Below are positions 24,515 to 34,857 of a DNA stretch of 64,000 nt, one piece after another. This stretch comes from Felis catus (lineage: Eukaryota), in NCBI RefSeq assembly GCF_018350175.1, contig NC_058383.1:40610001-40674000 (forward strand). The letters run 5' to 3'. The notes beneath the pieces are model-generated. The model made no database searches. It was not told the DNA's origin and saw nothing but the letters and a program-made list of their open reading frames with translations. How positions within the stretch are numbered: the first letter of the stretch is position 1; every line of letters begins with the position of its first letter. Position numbers and translations under genes: made by a program.

Positions 24515-25859
24515 GGACCGGACAGGGGTGCGCACAGGGCCCAGCCTGCTGACGGATGATTTGGCCGCCTGGTGCCTTATTCCATCCAACGCGCAGAGTC
24601 ACCGGGCTTCTGTTTTCCAAGATAAATGGGTGTCATGGAAAGATCCTGACTAGTGCCTTTTGGGGGTGCTGTTAGATGTATAATCAAATTCTGTCCTGAC
24701 AAGATCTTCCCCCCAACGTCCAGCCCCGCGGAACCTTGGCCCAAGGTTCTACTGGGGGTCCTCTGGGTTCCGCAGAGTGTGCTGCCCCTGGTTTGTTTGC
24801 AACGGGCTAGACAAGGTTCCCACCTGCACACCCCACACCCCACGCAGGCCCGGGTCCAGAGGACTCGGGGAGGCAAGGAGGGAATGCACGAGCACACGGC
24901 CAACAGGAAGGGATGAGAAGTAGTCTTAAGGCAGGAACTCAGAGGCCCAGCAGGATAGGGCAGTGGTAGGGCCACCCTGAGCAACCGACCCCGTAGCGAC
25001 CCAGTAGCACAAATATGGCACAGACAGCGGTGGGGCCAGAACAGACGTGGGACACCAAGCTTCGCGGGAATGCCAGACGTCACAGCTCTCTTCCTGTGCC
25101 TCAACTAGGCTGCGGTCTGTCTCCAGGCCACCCCTCCCCACTCACCTACAAACCTGCCATCACGCCTTCCCTCATCAGGGTCCAGAGCCACGACGCCACT
25201 GGGGACATAGCCTGAAGTCCTTGGACCGAGACCCACTGGAAGACCACCTTTGCCTACTGTCACCCATCTTTCCAGCCTGGGACTTTTGTACACCTAAGCC
25301 CCTGATGTCAAGCTCTAACAGACCTTCCGAAGATTCCTTTTGAACAGTAAGTACGTAGCCTGCTCAGATGTATACAACACTCCTTTAGCCTGGAAGAGCT
25401 TCCGCTGCTTTGCAAAGGGACAATATGGGGTGGGGAGGGCTGAGGGTGGTGACCCAGGGCAAGGAACCTAGGGGGAGACGCTGGTGAGGAGTCCTGGGGG
25501 GGAGGGAGGGGGGGAGACCTGAGGAGATGCTGAAGGGAGACGTTGGGGGGGGCTGAAAACGGGGACGCTGGAGAGGAGACCTGGGGAGGGGGGGGACCCG
25601 AGTGGGGACACGCCGAGGGGACACCTGGGGGGATCCTGAGTGTTGAGATGCTGGAGAGGAGACCGGAGGCGGGCGAGGGAGGGACCTGAATGAGGAGATG
25701 CTGGAGAAGAGAGGGAGGAGACCTGAGGGGAGTCCTCGCCAGGCGCCGTCTTCTGTCTCTAACAACGCCCCGGTTTACACGGGGTTCCACAGCCCAACTC
25801 GCTCATCCACTGGTCGAGTTAGGGTTAACACAGGCCTGGAAAACCCTTCCGGCCGAAGA

Positions 25860-26360
25860 ATTCCACGTTGGAAACGCGGCTCCAGGGAAAAAATCCGAAA
25901 GTCGGACCCCTGACACCTCGCCCGGCCTCGGCTCCAGGCCGCCGCCGTCGCCGCCGTGCTCCAGGTTGCTTGCGTCTTGCGTGCCGTAGCTCTAGACTCC
26001 TCCCCCACGCTCCGGTGAACCGCCCCTTCCGGCACCTAACAGGAAGCGACCTCCCAAGGCGGAAGTACCCGGGCGGGTGGAAAGTTGGCGCCCGGCGGGT
26101 TTGGTTAGGTGGGGCGGGAGGCTGCAGGGAAGTCGGGCCCGTGCCAGGCGGTCCCCCGAGAGCCTGGAGGGCGCACCCGCACGGCGAGGATGGGGCCGGC
26201 CGGCCTTCCGGGGCAGATCCTGGGTGGCCGCGGGGACACAGACCGAGACCCCCATTCTGGGCAGCGGGGGCCGCTCAGCGAAGCCTCCACAGCGAAGGCA
26301 GGACCACAGACATTTGGCGTCCCCTTCCGCCTCCAGCTTTCGTCCCTTCTCTTCGTCCCC
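25860..26360. promoter_or_regulatory. Orphan CpG island with ETS (CGGAAGT/TTCCGG), E2F-like (TTGGCGC) and GC-box motifs
   Basis: CpG-dense; cttccggc ~26026, ggcggaagta ~26058, ttggcgcccg ~26085, ggggcggga ~26111. Confidence 0.55.
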
Positions 26361-26699
26361 AAAGAGCAGGGTTTTGTACGGCCTCTGAGCGGAGAATTGT
26401 TTTTATGTTTGTAGAGGTTTAGATGAGCAGCCGCCTCGGGCCTGGGGAAAGTGCTCAGGGCACATCTGTTTGCCCTCAGGTTCTGTGGCTGGAGGATCGG
26501 AGGCCGGGAAGCGGTGAGGGGCTGAGGACGCTGTGCTCCTAACAAGTGCTTCCAGGGAGAGCTGGTCTCTCAGCCCCGGCCCGTTCGGACCCCTCTGGGG
26601 GACCGTGGGCGGCGTTGGTCGGTGAGCCGGCGTGACTGTTCGCAGGGACCAGGTTTGCCGCCTGGCTGGATCCCCAGAGATGCTCCGGCTTTGATGCCG

Positions 26700-29600
26700 A
26701 CGCCCGGGGACCAGCGAAGACATGGTCCTGGATCAGCGATGGCGAGACAGGCGTGGACGTGAGCTTCAGGAACTCCGTCCTGGTGAAGCCTTCCAGTATG
26801 TGGTGCAACCGTTGGCCTTTTCCATTAAGAGTAGTGTTTATTTTATAACCACTAGGGTTTTGTAGCTGATCACCAGGATGCACCAGGATGGCGTGATCCT
26901 GGGGGTTCTGCCTGTGCACTCTGTGTGGTTTCACCCTGGATGTAAAGTAGGTGACAGGTACCTCTACCAGGCTGGAGAGCTGGGTGGGTCCTAGAGGCAA
27001 TCAGGGCCCTGAGCACGTTCATAAAGTAGTGCTACAAGTGACTGACTCAGGACAGTGCCAGGACACTGGGAGGCTGGCAGCCACTGTCGCCCCAAGTGCT
27101 GTGCCTCCCGCTGCCTTCCACCGTGTGTGCCTGTGGCTGAGGGGTGTCTGTGGTCATGAGACCGGTAAGTGGCTAGCATCACATCCACCCCTGGGTCTTA
27201 GGTCTCCTCCCCAGGCAGCTTTGTGGGGCTTCGGCCACAGTTCCTGCACTCGGGAGTCCTCAGGAGGACCAGACGGCTTCCTGGGCGCCACGACTTGCTG
27301 CAGATAGACGGCGTAACGGCGTCCTGGATGGTCCCAGAACACCAGGCGCCTGTGCTGACTCGTCCCCTCCTGGGGATTCTGCGCCCACCCTGCACCTCCG
27401 CATTTGGTGGGGACTTGCCTGTGAGCTGCCCCCCACCCACACCCTTCTGAACACCCGCCTGCACAGCATCAGATGCAACTGCCCGGCTGGCCCGACCTGT
27501 GACCACCCCCTCTCCACATGGCCCCAGGGCCGCAGACAGCCTGTGTGGGCTCCATCCCCATTGCGTGGGCCTGGCTTCTCTCTGAATGGCTCCCTGATGC
27601 GTTGCGGCCTTGACACATACCGTGCTTGTGGCCAGAGAATCTTGCAGGGGCACAACGACAGCCTTCTCTGCCCCCAGACTCTTCCCCGGCGTGGACGGTT
27701 TGTGTAGGGCACCCCTCACACAGTGCACAGCCTCACTTTGCCCTCACCGCCCCCTCCACATCGTCATGGACACCATCTGTCTGTCAGCTGGGCTTTGGAG
27801 GCCTGCGTCCTCTGCCTCCAGGCCACTGTCCACATGCTGCTCGGGGAGCTGCCCTGGCTGCTAGACATCCTCGCCTTTGGGGTGAGGCCTGCGGGGGGAG
27901 GGAGCAGGGTGATGTCCCCTGAGGTGTCTCCTCCTTTTGCTCTGGGAGGAAGAACTGGGCCCTGAAGCTGTTTCTAAAAGGTCTCTGGCATAACACCGCC
28001 TTCAGTGGTGGGCGCGATCACCTGGCACCGCAATTACCAGAGGCACACCTTGTTGACTTGGCCATCGGGCCACTGTCACCGCGTGGGGTGGCTCCCGGTG
28101 CAGGGACAGAGGTCTGTGCCTGCTTCAGGAGCTGTGTGGGGGGTGTCAGCGGCTAAGCATAGAGCGCAAGGGGCCCTCCATTCAGCCCCAGCCTGAACGC
28201 GTGCCTGCGTCCACACTGCTGCTGTGGTGCCACCACCCCTGTTGGCTGGAACTGGGGTCAGGCCAGCAGTCGCTGCAGCACGGCCAGCCCTCAGAGCAGC
28301 CTGTGCCCCTACGCGCCAGATGGCCCGGTGGCCCAATGCATACATCCCCCCCCTTTATGGTGCGTGTCTCTGGGGGTGCAGACCAATACGCTTGCTGATG
28401 ATGCACTGGGTGGAACCCCCCCAAATGGCATTAGCCTCATCAAGCAGTGACCCCACGCAGCCTGTAGGTGCAGTCAGACCAGATCCAGCCGCATGCCAAA
28501 GTATCCTGACCCTGCGCAAGTGGCAGACCTAGGCCCCACTGTATGCAAGCTGCTGTGCCTGTCCCCACATTTGGGGGCCACACGTCCAGGCCACTGGCAC
28601 CCTCCAGTCCTGTCTGGTAGCGGGAGGCCTGAGCCAGTAGGTGGCACCTGCCCACGTTCCAACTCTCAGCAGGGATGAGGTGATGTGAACTGCACGCAGG
28701 GGGTCTCAGCACGGCAGGACCCTCTGCCAAGGACTTGTCCCCTGGGTCTGGCCTTGGCTGCTGGCCCTGGCAGGGAGAATGGTGCTGGGCCAGCTCTGAG
28801 ATGCTCCTTCACTCCACAGGTGACCGGGCAAAGTTACTCGACCTCGTCTCAGAGTAAGCGTCCGCTGGAGGGGAGACAGCTCTGACAGCCAGGGGGGCCT
28901 GTGGGGCCGGTGCAGAATGGGACAGTGGGCGGCCTGAGCCAGTGACACGGCAGGCCTCCCCTGCACCCACCATGTATCACAGGCTCCCCTCCACGGGCCT
29001 TCCCGAGATGGGATCACCTGCAGCTCGGCAGATTTGTCTGTTTTAGACAAATACCCTAACTTTGCTTGACGTTCAGAAACTCTTTACTATTGGGCGCCTG
29101 GGTGGCTCAGTGGGCTAAGCATGTGACTTTTAGTTTCGGCTCAGGCCCCAATCTCATGGTTTATGAGTTTGAACCCTACGTCCAGCTCCGTGCTGCCAGG
29201 GTGGAGCCTACTTGGGATTCTCTCTCCCACTCCCTCTCTGCCCCTCCCCTCCTTGCTGGCCAGCTCACTCTCTCAAAATAAATAAATAAACTTAAAATAG
29301 ATATATATTTAAAAAAAAGAAAAAGAAGCTGCTTTACTAGTCTCTCGCTTTGCCCTGAAAGACACCTCGAGGACTTGGGTCAGCTGCAGACGAGGGCCTG
29401 GCATTGGTTCCCTGGCCACAGAGCTGCTAGAATGAGCCGCTTCCCTGAGACGGACTCAAGAGGTGTTGCAGATGACATCCACCCTCCTGCCCGTGGCTTC
29501 CCCGGAACCGTGTCTTACAGGTTTGCGCAGAACAGTCTGAGCGAGCCGAAGTTATTTACGACTGTGGCTTCCGAGCTTGCAGAGGTTACGTACAGGCCGG

Positions 29601-30600
29601 TGTTCCGTGAGCTCTGCTTAACAGGGTAAAATCAGAGGCTCTGTGCTGGCTTTCCAGTCCTGGTATTTACCACTGCCAGTCATCCCCGGGGCAGGAAACA
29701 AGTCGGCATGTCCCCGTGGGGCTGCCAGGGCCACCGTCACCGTGCCTGTTGTAAGCCCATGGTCCCATGCCCTCCCCTGGGACAGAACGTTGACAGGCCT
29801 TCCCCCCGCCAGCCCAGGCCCTGCAGCGTTGACCGCTTGTCCTGTGGTCTCACCCCCTTAGGACGTGTCTGTGGCCTTGGGAGGGTTGTGGGGGGTCTGA
29901 CCCCCCAGAAATCTGAGGCAGAGCCACACACTGGCACTCGGCGGCCTCGCCTCGGGCCTCATGGTGCCCACGTGCAGGCCGGCCATCTGCCCAGAGCCGT
30001 GTCTTGCTCTCTGAGGAGCCTGGTCTCAGGACCCGAGTGTGCCCATGGCCCAGAGTTGCCAACATGCCTGTGCATCAGTGGCCCAGTGATGGAGACCAGC
30101 CCCAGCTCTGGCCTCTACCAGTAGAGAACCCACAGGTCACAGTGGTATCGGGGACGACACTAGACGGCGGGTCCCTGTCTGGTGGGGGTGTTTCCTCTCC
30201 CTCCTCCCTGGGCCCTCTTCAGGGTCCCACCCAGAAGGGATCAGGGCACGCACCAGTCTTTGACTTCCTGCCGCAGTCTCACTATGCCTGCCGCGTCCCC
30301 CAGAGGCCCAGCCCACACTGCCCGCCCGCCCGCCCGTGTGGCAGGAGCCTGGCAGTGGGGCCTGCGGCAGCCGTTTCTAGGCCAGCAACCAGCCCGTTGG
30401 TCTCACCAGCAGCCCAGTTAGCGCAGCTAATTTCAGCACGGTGTCTGGTCTCCCAGGACCTGCTCTGGGTGCCTGCAAGGTGGCGGTCAGCTAGAGGATG
30501 AGCTGTTACTGCTTCCCCCTGCGCAGCATCCCAGGAAGGTGAGAAATGCGGGTCCTTACAGGCGTGAGAGCAGACGTGCGCCACCGGTTCCGCCACATGA
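26700..30600 (-). mobile_element. Highly degenerate ERV-L-like internal region (gag then pol relics), interrupted by a SINE
   Basis: Frameshifted motif echoes in retroviral order on the minus strand: gag-like KTRLWAD (~30000), RT-tether QQLAY..AL (~28545), RNase H WT..RVQ..AEWRA (~28200), integrase QG.HF and GHVER (~27590, ~27520). Recognised by eye only. Confidence 0.45.
29092..29322 (+). mobile_element. CanSINE
   Basis: gggcgcctgggtggctcag head, CT tract and aataaataaa tail; imperfect TSD agaa..ctttacta. Confidence 0.9.
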
Positions 30601-32689
30601 ACTGGTGGCCTCTATGACGTAGGGCTGCGGTCAGCGCGAGGACCACAGCAGCAGGTGTCCGCCCGGCAGCAGGTGTGGCCGGCGCCCAGAGGCCAGAGAC
30701 AGCACAACAGTGATGTTCAGGGAGGGCCTGTGCCCCCTACAGCTGCCACCTGTAGGCCTGGCTCCCACCGTCCTGATGACCCACGCTGCTGCCTAGCTGC
30801 GCCCAGGTGCCCCTGCCGTGTGCTTCCTGCGTCGGTCGCAGCTGTGACCACAGCGGACCCGGGTCTCAGCAGGGCTTCCCCCAGTGGACTCTCCAGAAGC
30901 TGTCTGGTGCGGGTGCCCTGTTCTGCCCGTGCAGCCTGGAGAGAAGACATGACTGTGTGGCACGATCTGCCCGGCCCGGGGGTCAGTCCAAACCTGGAAC
31001 CAGTCCCGAGGGCCGAAATAATGCCGTGCCCTTAGCTGCCCACCCCGTGTGAGCAGCACCACGAGAGAGCTCTGGGCAGCCGGAGCAAAACAGTGTGCGG
31101 GGCCTCGAAGGCAGGTGAGCACAAACAGGCCTCAGCGGGGGGAGCAAGGCCAGCACTGCCGGCCATCTGCCCTGGCAGGATGGCAGTGCCCTGGGCTCTA
31201 AGCCCCCATCCCCCTAAATCCATAATAAAAATAATCCCGCATTTGCCTGATCTGCCCCAGTTCCAGAAGCGTCTCCTGATGTGTCATCGTGTTGATGCGT
31301 GACAGCAGTCCAGGGAGGCACAGCTGACCCCATTTCACAGAATTGCACCAGGGAGGGTTTGGGAGCCCAAGGGGGCAGGGGACACCCCACCCTGCCTTCT
31401 AGGTGAGGACACCTGACCTTTCATAGGCCCCCAGCCCAGAGCTCCTGCCAAGAGCCTGGTCCAGGCCTTTGCGAGGATCATGACTGGGAAGCTGGGCACT
31501 GCTGGTCCCTGCGGCTGCCGTTGCTGCCTGGGGGCCCCCCACCCAGGATGCAGCCTGGCGCCTGCGTCACTCAGTAGCCCCAGGGGCACAGTTCCCCTGA
31601 GAGCAGGACAGCAGGGCCTACCACACACACCCAGAGCATCATGGCTGAGGAGAACTGGATATGGTCCCAGCCCCGACGGCACCTTCTGCCCTGAGGGGCA
31701 GAAGGCAGAGGGACTGTCTGCTTGGGCCCCATCGCGGGCCAGGTGAGGAGCCTGACAGAGGTGATGGGCCCCCTCCCTCAGAGGAGCCCCCAAAGCCACT
31801 CAGCCTGGGCTTGGGCACCCCCCAGCCAGACACCGCCTCCTGAGGCAGGACACTGCCAGGGCACCCCTGGGCCCACGAAGAGCAAGTCTGGCTGTCTCTG
31901 GCTTAGGGTAAACTGAAGCATGGACATACCTCCCCACCCTCAGGGCAGCTACCGTCTACCCGCTGCTGGCCGGGGCATGGGACACAGGCCCAGATGCCCT
32001 CAAGGGGACAGGCTCACTCCTGTGGGTGGCTCAGCTCCAGGGGAGGGCTGCCCACAGACCCTTCAGTTGGCACTGCTGAGACCTCAGAGGGGTACAGTGT
32101 CCTGGCCCTGTTACCCATACCTAGTCTATGATTCAGCCCATCAGGGGCGCGGAGGGCTGGGGCACAATCTAATGGCTGTAAGTCTTTGGTGGCAGCACCA
32201 CACGGCAGCCCAGGAGCCCACCCAGCCCTGTGGGAGACCACTGTCCAGGGCCAGAGCTGACCCACGTTGCCTACCCCTGCATCTCCCACCCCCAAGGGCT
32301 GGCAGACCATGTAGGGTCAGGCGCAGTCCCTGGAGGAGGAGGGGAGGCAATGGGGGCGGTGCCAGAGCCTGGCCCCCAGGTGGCAGGAGTGGGCGGGGCA
32401 CCTGCCCGGGCTCTGCCCGCTTATGTGCCCGCTCACTCATTCACTTGGTCTTCGCTGTCACTCACCATCACTTGGTCCTTGTCACTTGGCCCTTGCTGGC
32501 ACCGTCCAAGGTAGGTCTGATCAATTGGCCCCCTGTGCAGAGCAGGAAACCGAGGCCGGGAGGGATTCTGGGACTCGCCCAGATCCCACCGGACTGACCT
32601 GGACCATCCTAACCCCCAGATGCCCCTGCCTGTTGGTCTTATGGCCGAGGGCAGCTGCCCTGCGTGTCCCAGCAGGCCCGACCCCACCA

Positions 32690-32960
32690 GTGGGGAGAAC
32701 CCCCTCGGTCTTCGGGAGGGCGGGGCGGGGGCGGGGGCGGAGCGGCCGAAGGGGAGGGGAGCCGCGTCCTGCGCCGTGCGCGCCGCCCGCAGTGCCCGCC
32801 GAGCGCCGAGCGCCGTGGCCGGGGGCGTCGCGGGGCGCGCGGGACGGGCAGCCGGCTCCGGCGGCGCTGCGCGCAGGTAGGGCAGGCAGGGCAGGCGGCG
32901 GGGGCGGCGGGCAGGGCCGCCGCCCCCGCCCCCGCCGCGGAGAGCCCCCAACCACGTGGC
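32690..32960 (+). promoter_or_regulatory. CpG island / probable GNG13 promoter and non-coding exon 1 (candidate donor after 32876)
   Basis: Very CpG-dense with multiple GGGGCGGG boxes; cag|gtaggg donor at 32876/32877, 1.3 kb upstream of the GNG13 ATG exon (acceptor ~34162). Exon 1 limits are inferred. Confidence 0.65.
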
Positions 32961-34190
32961 TGTCCCGGCCAGGGGTGGGGATGCTGAACTTGGGGTCTCC
33001 GGGAGGGGAGCACCTGCATGCCCCCCATTGGCTGCCCCCCCCAAGAGGCAGACTCCCCTCCACCGGGGCTCTTACCCCTGGCTCCTGACTGACCCTCCCA
33101 CGACGACTCCTAGTGCGGCTGTTCTGTCCCCAACCGACCAGGACTGACCCCCCCCCACCCCCACAAGAGATCTTCCGGCCAGGAGTCCCCTCCACAGGCT
33201 GACGCAGGCAGGGCCGCGCTCCTGTCAACCCCTGCCCACCCTCCCAAGGTCCAGAAAGCCAATCTCCTGGCTCTCAGCCTCAGTGATGGGAGCAGGGCCT
33301 GGGGCCCAGTGAGGGACTCCCTGGGCCCCTGGAGTGGGCTGAGGTGGGGGAGGAGGCAGGAAGCAACCTGCTCTGCCAGGCTGGTGCACAGCAGAAACTG
33401 GGCCAGATGGCTTGTGGAGGGTGCTGGGGGCAGCCCTGGGCCCAAAGAGGCTGCAGCCCCTCTCCAGTCCCAGACCTGCTGTGCAGCCTGGGACCCCAAG
33501 GTCCTCAGCACCTCCTCCCTGCAGCCTCTAGGCAGAGATGCAAATTGCAGCCAAATCCTCCTGGCTCTGGGATTAACTTCCTCTGGGTAGGCTTCCCCAT
33601 GCAAAGCATTAGAAAGGAACTGGAAGGAAGCCAAGCAGGGCCCCACCTCTTACATGATGATGGTCTGGGTCACCCACTCTGCAACCAGGGTGGCAAGTGG
33701 GCGGGGGAGTCGGGAGGGCGGGCTTCTGAGAACCCACTTGTGCTGTGTGCCTGGCCCTGCTGTCACCACAACATTGCCCCTTTCCTTCCCACCCAGAGAC
33801 CAGGCCGTGGTAAGGCTTTGGTGGGGGTGAGAGGTAAGGGTGTGGAACTGAGTAAAAACTTTTCCCTGCGGCTAATTAGCCCCATGGGGGAGGGGCAGGC
33901 ACATGGGGCCTCATTTGTGGGGCTTCAGCTCCAGGCCCTGCACCCTGTGGACTGTGTGGGTGCCTATGTGGACCTTGGGAAACCGGTGGTGAGGCCCCTG
34001 GGGACCTCCCAAGCCGCAGACTGGGTGTCACTGTACAAGGGTGGGCCTCCCTCCTTCCTTTGGGAGGGGGTGCCCTCAACCAGTGGGTAGGGCACATCTG
34101 GGGGTGACCGCCGGCTGGCGGGCCCCCTGGCTGTTGCTTCCTCTCGCGCCCTCCAGCCCCAGGCTGGCCACTTCCGAAGCTCCCGACGCC

Positions 34191-34567
34191 ATGGAGGAGT
34201 GGGATGTGCCTCAGATGAAAAAAGAGGTAGAAAGCCTCAAGTACCAGCTGGCTTTCAAGAGGGAGATGTCCTCCAAGACCATCCCTGAGTAAGTCCCCAG
34301 GACCCCACGGAGCCCCGCCCACCCAGGGCTGCCGGCTCCCATCTGCATCTCATTTCCCTGCCCCGAGCATTTTGCATGAGCCAGAACCACACCTCCACAG
34401 CCAGCCCTCGCCCTCGGGCACCCGCCTGCTCACCTCCCCCTCTCCACCCTGCCGCACACAGGCTCCTCAAGTGGATCGAGGATGGGATCCCCAAGGACCC
34501 GTTCCTGAACCCCGACCTGATGAAGAACAACCCGTGGGTGGAGAAGGGCAAGTGCGCCATCCTGTGA
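34191..34567 (+). CDS. GNG13: G protein subunit gamma 13 (coding exons 34191-34288, 34462-34567; 67 aa)
   Basis: Spliced translation MEEWDVPQMKKEVESLKYQLAFKREMSSKTIPELLKWIEDGIPKDPFLNPDLMKNNPWVEKGKCAIL*. G-gamma DPFL/NPW motifs and C-terminal CAAX (CAIL). Kozak gccATGg. GT-AG phase-2 intron 34289-34461. Confidence 0.98.
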
Positions 34568-34857
34568 AGCACCCCCGCCCCGACTCTTGCCTCTTTGTAG
34601 GGAGAACACCTCGATAAAGGTGTGGCTTTTATAAAGACTCTTTGATGACGTTCGTGCTTTTGTACATTTTCTGATGGAGAAAAAGCAACAGCACAGCATC
34701 AAGCCTGGGCCCTGGGGCGTCTGGTGGGGGGGTTCCAGGGCACCCAGCACGGGTCGAGGTGTCCCGCACAGCCCCAGGGTATCCAGCGTAGATCCTGGGG
34801 CGTCCGGTGAGGGGTCCAGGGCACCCAGCACGGGTCGAGGTGTCGGGCGCAGGCCCG

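Noticed and set aside
26085-26100. TGGCGCCCG as a tRNA-Lys primer-binding site
   Set aside because: Only 9 nt match, with no preceding LTR-terminal CA; better explained as an E2F-like promoter motif.
19600-28000. Possible PRR25 ortholog expected by synteny
   Set aside because: No coherent ORF or exon chain found; the region is repeat and ERV derived.
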